Shown here: positions 1-13,428 of the stretch, one piece after another | How positions within the stretch are numbered: the stretch's first letter is position 1 | How the letters are laid out: each line of letters starts with the position of its first letter | Origin: Octopus bimaculoides | Lineage: Eukaryota | NCBI RefSeq assembly: GCF_001194135.2 | Contig: NC_068989.1 | Coordinates: forward strand, 76,951,918 to 77,015,917 | Reading direction: 5' to 3' | Length of the DNA: 64,000 nt | Program-made: the position numbers and the translations under genes | The notes under the pieces: generated by a model | What the model was told of the DNA's origin: nothing | Database searches by the model: none | Seen by the model: only the letters and a program-made list of their open reading frames with translations

Positions 1-120
1 ATCGACACCCCCCACCTTTTTTCTTTCTTCTTTTTTTTTCCTTCCCCCTCACAAAAAGGAAAGCTCTACATTGTATTTGTCCCATCTTCGTTGAGCCCTG
101 TGTGGCTAATAAAAGAAATT

Positions 121-126
121 ATCTAT

Positions 127-173
<47 letters not shown>

Positions 174-210
174 GCTAGCTAGCTAGCTAGCTAGTTAGCT
201 AGCTAGCTAT
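121..210. repeat. Compound tetranucleotide microsatellite (TATC)n grading into (CTAG)n
   Basis: Direct reading: atctatct... then ctagctagct... Confidence 0.95.
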
Positions 211-225
211 AGATATATGTATATA

Positions 226-1523
226 CTAGTGTAAGTCAAAAGTTAAACATGAATATACTAGTATAAGTAAACAATTTGTCAAAACTTTCTTTGGGCTGGC
301 CACACTGCCTTCATTCCTCGCGTACTGAAAGGCGGTGCTATTGTGGTTACGCAACTTAAGTTTGACCTTGATAGTTCCATATCTCTTTCTTGTTTTATAC
401 ATTAAACATGGCTCCTCCTCTGGCATTGTACACCAGCGAAGTACAGAGTTCAGTGATCGGATTTCTTTGCTCTGAAGTTGTATCGCGGACTGAATTTCAT
501 CGGACGCTTTCGGTCAATTTGTTAGGTCAGCACTCTACCATGTAGAAGTGTGCATGAGCGGATCAAGGATTTCAAAAGTGACGAAACACGTGTGAAGCAC
601 GAAGAATGTATAGGACGCCTATCAACCTGCACCAGTGACAAGTATATTCAACGAGCTCGAGAAACGATTCTGGCGAACCGACAAAAGGGTTATTTTGAAG
701 AGGGGTCATGTTTTCTGCAACAGACGTGGTTCTTCATACGAAATAATCAACAAAAAGCTTCGCTTCCGTAACATCTATGTGAGATGGATGTCAAGCGAGC
801 TTACCGAAGCGTATAAGCGCAATCGTGTACAGATTTATCAATGCTCACTCGAATACTTCAACGATAAAAATGAATCATTTCTGGAGAGTATAGGAACAGG
901 AGATGAGATTTGGGTCCAACACTTTGAGCCAGAACCTAAAATGGGATAGAATCACGCAGAATCTCTAACATTAACATAATTTAAAAATCGGTCTTTCTCA
1001 GAGAAAGTGGTTCTAACCGAATTTGTTACTCGGAATGCCCTGTACTGGAACGTTACCTGGGAAAAGGGTCTGTAGTCAACTGGGTCGGCCAAAGTAAAAA
1101 TGCTGGTCAGCACACTGCCACCTGAAATTCGCACCAAACACCGAGTTCTACTGTCAAAGTAAATGTAATCGTTGCACGACAACGCACGCCCATATACAGC
1201 CGCTCACGCTGTTGAAAGTATTGAAAAATTGGGTATCGAGTCGCTGGATCAACCTGAATAGGATCTACATCGTATCCTTTCTGACTAGCACATCTCTGGA
1301 CCCCTTAAACAACTTTAAGAAGCCATGGATTGGTGAGGGACGAAGTGGTGCAAGGAAGTGTTCATTAATAGCTCCGGGATCAACCGAAAACCTTATTGTC
1401 TGCTAAAACAAACACACTTGTGGTCCACTGGTTAAAGTTAATGGAAAATTAAGAAAACAATGTCGGAAAATGGTATAATTGTTATAATAAATTACAAAAA
1501 CAAGAGATCATAATTTAACCTCG
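226..1523 (+). mobile_element. Full-length (~1.3 kb) degenerate mariner (IS630-Tc1-mariner) DNA transposon
   Basis: TA at 224-225, then a TIR-like ctagtgtaagtcaaaagttaa; right end ...tttaacctcg followed by TG. The length is typical of mariner and the interior encodes a decayed transposase. Confidence 0.85.
408..1480 (+). pseudogene. Mariner transposase pseudogene (frameshifts and stops)
   Basis: MAPPLALYTSEVQSSVIGFL.. (HTH start), RWMSSEL (WVPxxL-like), IGTGDEIWVQHFEPE (first Asp), LHDNARPYTA (second Asp), decayed YSPDL region and C-terminus across several frames. Confidence 0.9.
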
Positions 1524-1524
1524 T

Positions 1525-1747
1525 GAGTATGTGTATATGTGTGTGTGCGTGTGTGCGCGCGTGTGTGTCTGTGAATGTGTGTGCCTGTGTGTATGTGTGT
1601 GTGAGTGCGTATGTGTCTAAGTATGCGTGCGTGTGTGTGCGTACGTATGTAAGATTACATATATACTTGGTTGAATATTATATACATACATACGCCCATA
1701 CACACACATAAACACACGCACAAACACACACACACACATACGCACAC

Positions 1748-1843
<96 letters not shown>

Positions 1844-1845
1844 CA
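1525..1845. repeat. Compound (TG)n/(CA)n/(TA)n microsatellite
   Basis: Direct reading. Confidence 0.95.
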
Positions 1846-2159
1846 GGGACAATAGTTTAGATTACTGACAAGTGAAGCTACGTACTTTATCAATATGTGC
1901 GATAAATACAGACATTGTTTTCTCAGATTTAAAATATTTATATTTGAGAAAGCGATAATCTTGGGTTCCATAAATATTGACAATACTAAGAATATCTGGC
2001 GTTGGAAATATTTTGTAAACAACAATTCCGGAAAACCTACGTATTGTTTTTATACTTTTCAAACATTAATATTTCAGATAACTAATTACAGTACTATAAC
2101 ATTATCAGATAAAAACTGAATGCTGGCGTCTTGTTTTGAATTAAGTAGCTATATAAGGA

Positions 2160-2194
<35 letters not shown>

Positions 2195-2371
2195 NNNNNN
2201 NNNNNNNNNNNNNNNNNNNNNNNNNNNNNNNNNNNNNNNNNNNNNNNNNNNNNNNNNNNNNNNNNNNNNNNNNNNNNNNNNNNNNNNNATACATACATAC
2301 ACACACACACACACATATATATACACACTCATATATATGCACACACACACACATACACACGCATATATATG

Positions 2372-2446
<75 letters not shown>

Positions 2447-2620
2447 ATACATACTTACATATATTATATACATATATTATATTTGTATTATATATATATA
2501 TATGTATTTATAGATCGATAAACATATAAATATTCATATATGATGTATAAGCACACGAGAACATAAATATGTATATGTATCTATGTGAATGTACATGTGT
2601 GTCTGTGTGTGCATCTGTGT

Positions 2621-2700
2621 GGAGACACGTGGCCTAGTTTGTTAACGTGTTGCCCTCACTATCACAAGATAGTTGGTTCCATCTCGGACCAAGCGACGTT
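2621..2700 (+). mobile_element. Isolated tRNA-like SINE head fragment
   Basis: ggagacacgtggcctagtttgttaacgtgttg...ttggttccatctcggacc has decayed A-box and B-box spacing; resembles the head of the 45871 family. Confidence 0.5.
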
Positions 2701-3574
2701 GACGTCATAGTAAGATATGGATACTGAACTAAAACTAATTTTGAAAGAAAAATGTTGAGCAGTCTGGTATTAATTTAGGTGACTAACAGAACATATAATT
2801 AAATAAATGAATAAATGAATACATAAATAAATAAATAATTAAATAAATAAAAGTCATGCGGTCAATCGGTATAGGACGATATAGATAGTGAGGTGTAAAA
2901 GAAAGAACAGAACTCAAAAGGATGAATGAGTTGTAAGAATTTCACGCTCTGTTAGTTTTCGTCGGTTAGTAGTGTATTTTCAAGGACATTGATGAGATGT
3001 CAACTAAAATATTATAAAGAATCACAAGAATAGTCATGGCGCTCGCACGTACACACATACGCGCACGCACACACACACGTGAACATACACATATATATGC
3101 ATACTTTCTTATGTCTATAAATATATGTGTGTACGTATAAGTGCGATGTAGAATCAGAGGGATAGAAGAATTAAGGAGGGGCGAGAAAAAAAAAATGAAA
3201 GGGACAGAGGGAAGTGAAAGAGGAAGGAAGGTGAGCATGAAGAGAAGGCCAGGAAATGTGAGGGGGAACGAAAGAATGAAGAGTGGAATGAAGGAAGTAA
3301 GTGAGAAGGGGCTGCTAGTAAGACGGTAAGAATGAAAGAATAGAAAGAATAATAGAGTCGTACAAAATTCCGATATATATATAATATGTACTTACATATA
3401 AGAGACCAAAGTGTACGTACGCCGCTATATTTTTATTTATAAAAAATAGAAAAATGGGACAAGGACGCAGAACATCCAGACAGTTAGGTGATACAAAAAA
3501 AGGGACAACAAAACATTCAGACAGAAGATACAAGGAAAGCAAAGACGGGTCATTTGGAGTTTATATATAAAAGT

Positions 3575-3665
3575 GAAATAGGACAAGGTAGAAATGTTAA
3601 AATGATTTTATCTTGGAGAACATTTTAGTAACGGTTTCAGTCTTTGCGACTTATTCAACTTGAGT
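3575..3665 (-). repeat. Small dispersed repeat (copy 1) with a decayed minimal hammerhead-like motif
   Basis: Aligns by eye to 57136-57230; the minus strand reads ttgaata AGTC gcaaa GACT GAAA ccgtta. Confidence 0.5.
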
Positions 3666-4070
3666 AAATTACATATATATCAATCTATATGAGTAAAGCA
3701 CGAAAACAATTAAATTGTGGAAAAATTTAATGAAATGTTTTTTTTCAATATTTCCATAGTTTTCAAATACATGGGATATTTTCCTTTTTTCTGTCTCTCT
3801 CACTCTCTTTTGTTTTTGTCAAGGCCCAGCTCGTAGGTAGTAGCTAGTCTGAAGGAATATTTAATATGAGGGATGTGGGTTCTTGGTTTTGATCGTTGAA
3901 GCAGCAGTATCTAAATGTTCTTCATGATAAAATTATTTTAGCATTTTTTACCTTGTTCTATTTTCCTTATATATAGCAACTTGTGTGTTACTATTCAACC
4001 TTCCACACACACACACCTCACACGCACTCACAAACACACACACACACATACGCACACACATATATATACA

Positions 4071-4195
4071 CGACGGTTTTCTTTCAGTTTCCTTCTACCA
4101 CATCCACTCACAAAGCTTTGGTCGGCCCGAAGCTATAGTAGAAGGTGCCACGCAGGGGAACTGAACTCGGAATCAAATGTTTGGGAAGCAAGTTT
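4071..4195 (-). mobile_element. tRNA/CORE-like SINE module A, internally deleted, abutting (CA)n
   Basis: Homologous to copies at 9505-9643, 29690-29775 and 38680-38812 (ctactatagc..ggccgaccaaagc.ttgtgagtggat). Confidence 0.8.
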
Positions 4196-4647
4196 ATTTT
4201 CATGTATTTATATTTATATATGTACTTAATATATACTTTTATCTATATTTCAAACTAAAGTAAATATGTATTTGATCATGTACTTAAATGAGACACACGT
4301 GCACGTACGCATACACAAACACTCACGGATCTTCTTATTAGGCTGCCTTACTTCAAAAATTAAAAAGACTATCAGAAATTTTAAAATTTGGCAAAACGCA
4401 AAAGAGTTCGCATGTTCCGCTTGTTACTATCGAAACAGACATGAATGTGTGTGTGTGTGGCCTACGATTGGCTAAAATTACCAGAATTTTCAAATTTCAA
4501 TGACTAACTCTTTATTTATTGATTTAGAGCGAAATTACTTTCACGTCATTAATTAGCCTATAAAAGCGTATCATTACACTGAATCTGAAATTAATTCGAA
4601 CAGAATTGATGCTGGCAGTGAAAAAGAAAGATCCACATACACAAACA

Positions 4648-4695
<48 letters not shown>

Positions 4696-6224
4696 TTTAT
4701 CCTGTTTATAGATTAATACATAGCTGGATAACTAGGACCTTACTCCACTACTATATTTGATTTTGTGCTGGATGATGAGTTTGTTTTCTGCTTTTTTTAT
4801 GTTCTTTAACGCTTGACCAAACCATACTAGCAGATTTACCTAACCCAGCAGATTTATTACGAAATGTCTTTTCGGGAAATGTATCGTATATGCATCTAGT
4901 TAAATTTATCGAATGCGGATTTTGCTTTCGCTGTTTTCAGGATGGTGTTAGAAATTCGTTTGAGTGTAATTTGGCATCTATTTCTACTTAATCACTTAAA
5001 TGACACACTTGTTACTCTGTACGAATATGTGCATGATATCAGTCTGACTATCAATTGTATCGAGTATAAAGGGAAAAGTACATGAGAAAAATCCCAGGCG
5101 TCCTCAATCTAAATGGAAAAATTCTTCGTACACTATATGTAAAAATATTTCTAATTGCTGGTACAATGCAACCAGCCTTTGTATGTTACTGGTATTTATT
5201 TTCATATATGGGGTGGGAACATGAAATAAAGGTATGGCGGTGTGATTTAGCACCGAAATATGAAAGAAGAAAACAAAATTCCATCTTGCCTCTATCGCTT
5301 CATTTGATATCGATCTCTCATACGTATATTACAAAATACACGTATAAGATGAGAGAATTACATCTGATAACATTATTATATTTACAGGAGTGTTTACATT
5401 ATAGTTTTCTGGCGTTAGAAAGGTAAGGATAATCCCTGCCATGTTGAATATTGATAATACTAGATATAATTAAACATTAATATTTCATATACAGGTAATC
5501 TGGGGCTCTGTAAATAATGATTGCACTAAGAATAATTACTAAATATTTTGCAACAAGACTTTTGTAAAACATAGCTAATGCTTTAGATAGATTTCAGCCA
5601 TTAATATTTCAGATAAGTAATTATAGCCAAATCAGATACAACAGGATGTTGGCAACTTCCTTTGTACGTAGGAGCCATATTACGACTTTTGTAACTGGAG
5701 TCTTTACTGAATAACGTAATCCGCAAAACAAGTTAGTTGGTTTGGTTTTAGTATACTTCACAAACAGGCTATTGAAATATTAACTAGAAGTAATTAGGCT
5801 ATGGAAAAAATCAATACCATACAATATTTCCTCAATTACGGGCGACAATTTAATACACACTTCGATATTATTATGACCTTACTAGCGAAGTATATACTTA
5901 ATCATACTTAAATTAACAGCAGCGTGGGAACCACTAATTAAATATAGAATATTGTACATTGACTGGCAAATATAGTATGGTTTCTTAGAAAACCTAGAAT
6001 ATTTGACTGGATTTACTGAACATGCCAAAGTAATTACTATACTATTTACAATCGAATAATATTGTTTCGTACTGCATAATTTAAGCCCAATAAACCAAAG
6101 GTGTTTTCTTCGCATTAAACATTTTAAACATAAAATCGTGAAACAATAAGGTGTTAAGTTTGTTAACTGCAATGACATTTCTTGGAAATCATATATGAAT
6201 AACTTATCCTTTGTTTTGTATGTA

Positions 6225-6870
6225 TCAGGTTATGTAAAAAGTAAGCAACGTTTTGAAACATGAAATTCATCACAATATATTTCAACAATACAGAAATGTT
6301 ATTCATCAAAGTACCGTTACAATCCAGGCATTTTCCCCAACGAGTTACAAGTTTGTTTATTCCGGTAAAATAAAATCTGCAGTTCTCGAGCTGATGAATT
6401 CTTTGAATGCACTTTCAGCATCGGTTTGATTTTTGAACTCTTTCTCTCGCAGGAAACCATCAAGGTGCTTGAAAATTTCGGATCTGCGCATTTTCTGATT
6501 TTATTTCAAATCGTATGGTACCCATTTGTCGAGGTGTTTTGATTTTCCAATCGCATGTAGATGTTTGCAGGCAGTTTTCTGGCTAACCTAAAGTTTTTTT
6601 TCTGCCAGTTCTCGAGTGATTTCACGTGGATCTTTCTCAATAACGGTCTTTAATTCACCGTCATCGATGACAGATGGGCATTCACTATGCTCACGATCTT
6701 CAAGGTTCAGGTCTCCACTGCGAAATCGTTTAAACTATTTTCGAGCTAACCACTCCCTGGTCATTTCCTCACTAAACGTTTCGTTGATATCGCTAACAGT
6801 TTCAGCTGCTTTACGTCCGTATTTGAAGTTGAATAGCAAAATTGCTCGAACATGATTAATAATTATGTAG
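6225..6870 (-). mobile_element. Internally deleted mariner (Hsmar1/cecropia-like); catalytic core missing
   Basis: The minus strand gives HVRAILLFNFKYGRKAAETVSDINETF..FKRFRSGDLNLEDRE..DKWVPYDL, fused at ~6475 to C-terminal FKHLDGFLREKEF..GINKLVTRWGKCLDCNG. TIR TA-tcaggttatgtaaaaagtaagcaacgtttt at 6223. The other end is uncertain (may extend to ~7050). Confidence 0.88.
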
Positions 6871-7648
6871 TTTTAGCACATCGTTCTTATATCAATACAC
6901 ATACACCCTCTACTGACAATGGTAGATGGAGGCATTAATTAAATTTGAATTCGCAATTACGATGCTATAAATTGACATAAAATTTGGACGCTAGATCATT
7001 AAGGGCAACATGGTACAATACATTTTTGAATTCTTCCTACCAAATATATAAGCCACCAATTAAGGCGTTTCTTATTCATGTTTTACATTATCGTTTTGTC
7101 CATTGTAAGAAACGCAGGACACATTCATTAAAGTTTCTTGGTTGTAACTATCTGATCCGATATGAACAATTTAATATGAAATAAAATCTCGTCCATATGA
7201 TGAAGCATCTGCGATATCACAACAATTTGATTTATTGCAATGTTAAATCAAATACACTATTTTTGCTTGCAATGAATGGCTTGCGTCCGGCACATTCTGC
7301 TAAACAAATCCTCGTAATAAAAAAAAAAGCAAAACGATTTCAGATGTTAAACAGTATTCCTTCTTAAGAGTAACATTTACAATATGTCAGTTGAAGCATG
7401 TTTTACTTTAAGTAAAAGCATGACCAGAGCCTTAGGGCTGAAACATAAAGAATAAAAGAATGAATAATTTGTTTACAGTTGCAACTTCGTGAGCAATTAT
7501 TCTTTAATTCGTTCCCAATACAAAATAAGTTTAATGGTAAATAATAGAATTGGATTCTCATAGGAATCTTCTTGCTGTGATATATGCATTAACATTGATT
7601 CTACATTTAGAAAACGTCATATTGAACGTTAATTATAGTTCCATACAA

Positions 7649-7680
<32 letters not shown>

Positions 7681-7779
7681 GGGGGAGGGAGTATTCCAGT
7701 TTATTATTAGTTAATTTGCAATTTATAACAATTTTGCCGGGTAGCTCAGTATGAAAAAACCTTTTCGGTAAAAAACATT

Positions 7780-8491
7780 TATAATCATAAATACATAGGG
7801 ATTGACAGTAACCTGCTTCTCCAACATACTGAGAATTCAGAAATAGCAGTCAAAGAACTACTGATTTCAAAACTACAAATTATTACTCCAGATTGATAGC
7901 GATATTTTTGATACACACAGAACAAAAAACAGTAGAGAAGAGTAAAAAAACCACCTGCCTTTAGTTAATTTAGTACGATCGATTCACAGTTAAGAGTAAA
8001 GAATACTTTATTCTGATCATCAGCTAAATATTGAAATAAATTTGTTAATGTCTAAATAACTCACGTTAATTTTGACCATGCGACATCAATACCACGCGAA
8101 GAAGACGTTATTGAATTCATTAGGGCGAGGGATTTTGAACTCACTGGCCGATAAATTTCTTAACGTCTTCCTCACGTGGTATTGATGTCGCATGGTCAAA
8201 ATTAACGTGAGTTATTTAGACATTAACAAATTTATTTGAATATTTTGCTGATGATCAGAATAGAGTATTCTTTACTCTTAACTGTGAAACGATCGTACTA
8301 AATTAACTAAAGGCCGGTGGTTTTTTTACTCTTCTCTACTGTTTTTTGTTCTGTGTGTATCAAAAATATCGCTATCAATCTGGAGTAATAATTTGTAGTT
8401 TTGAAATCAGTAGTTCTTTGACTGCTATTTCTGAATTCTCAGTATGTTGGAGAAGCAGGTTACTGTCAATCCCTATATATTTATGATTATA
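7780..8491. repeat. Long near-perfect inverted repeat (foldback): ~331 bp arms, ~50 bp spacer
   Basis: 7780-8110 is the reverse complement of 8161-8491 with about 8 mismatches counted by eye. Confidence 0.97.
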
Positions 8492-8857
8492 TATATATAT
8501 ATATATATATATACATAGGCTCATTCCTATGTTTTGTTATATATAGTGAGGTTTATGTATTATGCACTATAGTTATCTTCGTGTCCTTTGGGCATCGTTA
8601 TATGAAAATATACAATATTTTCGAGTTCTCTGTTCATATTTGTGGTGGTGGCGGTATGGAGATCATCAGATCCAACAATGTGGTTTCTGGAGATGAATGA
8701 AACTTTGAGAGACAATATTGCATTGCAAGATACAACATAATTAATATAATGAATGCGAGATGCCGCTGTGAAATATTGCAATAGAATGATCTATAGAGAT
8801 ATATTATATGAGATCGATGAAATGCAAGACACGTAGAAGAATAATTTTCTTTTACAG

Positions 8858-8961
8858 AAATAGTCAAAGGCTTTGGTGGTGTCAAGCTTAGAAATATTGC
8901 TTTGAATGCTTGCCTGAAAATAGAATGCTGGAGGCGTATGAAATACTAATGTAAAACTTTG
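8858..8961 (+). other. Possible isolated exon (unverified)
   Basis: Acceptor ttttcttttacag and donor G/gtaggt. The best frame reads IVKGFGGVKLRNIALNACLKIECWRRMKY* and stops inside; no homology recognised. Confidence 0.15.
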
Positions 8962-9216
8962 GTAGGTCAGGTCTGGCTATATCTTCAGTGTATTGGTAGT
9001 CATCAACTTGAGACAAACGGTTGATTATATATGAGAAATCTTGATATTACACTTACAGATGGATGTGTAAGTCAATAGGTAACGTCACTTATGGATGAAA
9101 ACGAGAATGGAAGACGTTTTGTTCATTATTTACATTGAATGGATATAGAACATTTTGTTCAGTTGCTTCGTAAAAAGGCATTGAGGATTTTGTACTTTTC
9201 GCTTGTTTCCAAGATA

Positions 9217-9423
9217 TTCTTTTATTCTTTTATTTGCTTGTCATTTGACTGCGTTCATGCTGGAGCACCACCTTTAGTCGAAGAAATCGACCTCAAGACT
9301 TATTCTTTGTAAGCCAAGTACTTATTCTATTGGTCTCTTTTACGAGGACGTCGACACACCAACATAAGTTGTATAGCGATGGTGGGGGGTGACAAAGACA
9401 GGCACACAAACATACATACATAA

Positions 9424-9508
<85 letters not shown>

Positions 9509-9643
9509 CGATAGGTTACTTTCAGTTTCCATCAACTACATCCGCTCACAAGGCTGTGGTCGGCCCGAGGCTTTAGTCGAAAACACTTGCCGTAAGTGCC
9601 ACATAATATGTCTGAACCCGGAACCATGTGGTTTGGAAGCACC
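9217..9643 (-). mobile_element. Composite SINE: tRNA/CORE-like module A + internal (TA)(TG)n microsatellite + module C tail
   Basis: The same A-microsatellite-C order and orientation recurs at 29470-29775 and 41635-41835. Confidence 0.8.
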
Positions 9644-12600
9644 TATGATCAGATCAAGTATGATAAAATCACTGAATAGTAGAAATTAAAAGGCAACCTT
9701 GCTTTATTTTGTTGCTTTCTATTTGGGTGTCTATTTAGATATAACAATTGGCAAATTCTGAAAAACGTAAAGAGATAGACTTCGCACGTAATCGGAAAAT
9801 CTACCTCTAATATAAGTGATAAAGCAGTTTGCATGCCAAGCGATACAAGAGATTACCTTTTGCTCGCTTATAAAGTTCACAGACATTTCAATACCTGTGA
9901 AAAGTTGTCATTTGCTTTAAGCATCTGTAAGGGACTAATTTGTTGAATCTGTCCCTTTTACGTCAAAGTTTCAACAACGTTTTCAATGAAATGCTTCTCT
10001 TTTCAATGGTAAACGAGAAATGTAACATATTTTATGGAAGTGGTTTGATAGGTAAATGATTCGTTAACTAGGTTGCTTATATTAAACCAATGTCAAAAGG
10101 AATATTTAGAAAGATAGGTCCTTTAGGGTAGATAATGGACGTTAAGAATTTAGCTACAAAATGGCTGAAAAGAAGGGTACGTACACCGGTGGAGTTTTCA
10201 GAACAAAACTGAAATTCGTACAGACATAATGCATTATATCTGATCGTATGACAGCTGATGCATTGATACTTTCTATATGGTGCATGTGTACCTTTAAATC
10301 AATAGGGAAAGCTTCAGAAGAATTAACTTGAAGTTAATGTTCTCAATACGAGTTGAGAAATCTAAAATCTAAATCTACTGCCAAGAAAATTTCAAGTAGC
10401 GTTCAGAAAAAAACTGATTTAATAAAAAGGCAAAATATTTTATGCCAACCAACAGCAAAAGACTTATTTCTTCACCTTGCGTTAAATTTTAGAGAAAGCC
10501 ACGTATAAAATACTTATATTCTGCTTATATTTTTTATGTTTGCCTGTAGTATTTTAATGTCACTATGATATATATGACAGAATACTTTCTTAAGCGTTGG
10601 AAAAGGTACGCTATTTCTGTGGATTTTTATATGATTTTTGGTAATTTCTTGGTTATAATTAGTAAACGAAAGAGATGGAAATTAGTTTTAAACACTAACA
10701 ATATCTTTAATTTTTATAATGCACGATCTTTATTAGGGAATAATAATGAAATATATTTGTCATGAAATAAATATAACTAGAGAATATGACGAAATAATTT
10801 ATCAATGAATGTAGACGGCTGCATAACATCACCTTCTCGTCCGCTTATTTCTTTACTTGGTAGTGTCGTGTTGCATAAGTTCACATTAATAGACACTGTG
10901 AGATAAAAAAATGTTACGGATCACTAAATTATTTCTAGTTTATGATAATACTAATACAAAGAATTCAGCAAATCTTGACTATTTATAAACACATATAAGA
11001 TATCGGGTAACTTACGATAACATAATAACAAACAAAACATAATATTCTTAATAGATAACAAATTTGACTGGTTTCCTTCGTATATTTCATATATAGTAAT
11101 TCATTCGGGATATGCTACTGATGTTATGGATCAAAATATTGAAATGTTAAGTCACTTAACGTCTAAATGAATTACTAATAGATGCTGAACAAAATGACCC
11201 CAAATAATAAAACAACAACAGCGATATCCTGAATACAGTTGTTTTCCATTCGTAAATCTGTACGCAATGTGCACATTAAGGATGTCTGTGTCAATGCAAA
11301 TCAGAAACGTTATTGATTTTACTTCACTTTTACTTAATCCAAAAATATTCACATATATTCTCTCATCACATATCATTTCTGTGTGTGTGTGTAGATAAAG
11401 AAAGAGAAGTAGAAAGAAATGGACAGAGACACGAAAAATAGATTGCGTAGTATTTTATTGGGGTAACAGGACGCTAGCTAAAGATAACATTTACGACTTT
11501 CACATCCGTTGCTGAAGCCATATGGATTTCCTGCTTGGCAAAGTTTGCAAGACGTGTGGCGTGCTAATTCGGTTCCGAATAAATCACGAAAATATGTCCA
11601 TCACACAAACACGTAATTTTATATCTATGTGTGTGTGTGTGTATCTGTGTGTGTGTGTGCTTGTGTGTGTATGTGTGTGTGCGCGTGTATGCGCGTGCAT
11701 GCTTGTGTGTTTTTATGCGAGTGTGTATATGTGTGCGTATGTGTGCATAGCCGCTTAAAATATCTAATTAGAACTAACATTCTTTTGTGTAGAGTATATA
11801 AATTATATTCCAAAATATGTAACCTCGTTCATACTAAAATATAACTTTTGTTATTTTGAAATGTAAAGAAATTTGAGAAGTAGTTGAAATACAAGCATTC
11901 GTCTTACTTAAAAGTTTGATGATTAAGTTAAAAATTTTGACAGCTATGTAAAATATCACAATATCATTTAATAAAAGTTTTTTCTCTATATAAGTTTTGC
12001 AACGCGGAGTACAATATTCACCTATTAATTTGTATGTACTACAGAATTCCTTGAAGACTGCTTATCGAGTAGCGTAGTATGTTTTTTTTAAAAACTCACT
12101 TCCTCTTGACGGAAATTACGAAATTCTAAGGCGACAATTGCGTTAAAGAAAAATTACACACACATGTAAACATCAAATCAATATGTGCTTGATAAATGTA
12201 TTATTAATGTGAAGTATTCAATAAAAAGTCTTTCGTTGATCTCAAGACGTCAATTTAATAAGACTTATTCATTGACTGGTGACGCAGTTGTGAATAGGAT
12301 CAAGAATGTTGCTTTCAACTCTCAGATTTGAAATTATAATAACTATTAACATTCATTTTATTTATTTATTTGTTTAGGCAGCGATAACATTTTCAGACAG
12401 GGCAGGCTATGAGACCAAATATGATTGACAATTATTTTATCGACCATGGACTGCAAGTGGTTATTCGCTCATCCTTCATCTCAGACAATAAAGATACAGA
12501 ACTAAATACTGTGAGTACAGAATTACTATGATCTAGTTTTTACTTTAATATTTCTTGCATCACATGTCGGAAAAGTATGGTAGTAATGGTCTTAAAATCA

Positions 12601-12770
12601 GTATATATTTTCAGAAGTGTAGTAAGTTTAACGGATCGTATTACTTCAAAGGTATTTTTCGAAAAAAAATTCGACGAAGATAATTTGAGATATCAGAGCA
12701 TAAACATTGGTAGAAAGCTACTACATAGTTTCTACATTTCATTTACTTTTTAATATTCAAAACGATCTAA

Positions 12771-12965
12771 GGCGGAGAGCTGGCAGAATCGTTAGCACGC
12801 CGGGCGAAATGCTTAGAGGCATTACGTCCATCTTTACGTGTGAGTTCAAATTCCGCCGAGGTCGACATTGCCTTTCGTGGTTTCGGAGTTGATAAGATAA
12901 GTACCAGTTGAACACTGGTGTCGATGTCATCGACTTATACCCTCTCCAAAATTGCTGGCCTTGCA
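12771..12965 (+). mobile_element. tRNA-derived SINE family B (Meta-domain-like core), near full length
   Basis: ggcggagagctggcagaatcgttagc (A box) ... gagttcaaattccgccgaggtcgac (B box) ... gataagataagtaccag; at least six further copies in the window. Confidence 0.88.
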
Positions 12966-13428
12966 ACAACATTTTAAATCAATATTCATAACGATATGAG
13001 ATGTGAAGAGGAAAGGAAAAGTGAAGTATTCTATACATAGATAATAGTTCTGTTGCATAATCTTTGATAAATTAACTGAGTAAATAGAATGCTAGCTGAA
13101 AATATTAACAATTAAGACTGAATTTATGATCGTAAGAGGATACTATTCAATCCCGAAATCCACTCTATTTCACTATGCTTTGTATCCACAAAGCCTTAGT
13201 TTCGCGAAAATTAAAAACATAGTCATCTAGCTAATTTGTAGTCAGCTTCGGCAGTAATCCACCATGGATCAAGACTTAAGTATGCATTGCTTCAACAGTG
13301 GAAAGAAAGGGAAGATATAATCTATAACACATACAAGTTTTTTTTTTATTTGTAAGACAATTGATTCATAGATATTTTAAATTAGGTAATACATACTTAC
13401 ATCTAACATAAAAAATACAGAATGTTAA

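Noticed and set aside
3141-3345. Purine-rich ORF (MRCRIRGIEELRRGEKKK..)
   Set aside because: A low-complexity GA-rich tract; the Arg/Glu/Lys/Gly bias follows from composition
5082-5426. 114-aa ORF ending near a gtaagg donor
   Set aside because: No recognisable domain; AT-rich composition like the flanks and expected by chance
7418-7450. Hammerhead-like atgaccag AGCC ttag GGCT GAAA cata
   Set aside because: Two core mismatches, no stem I and no second copy to support it
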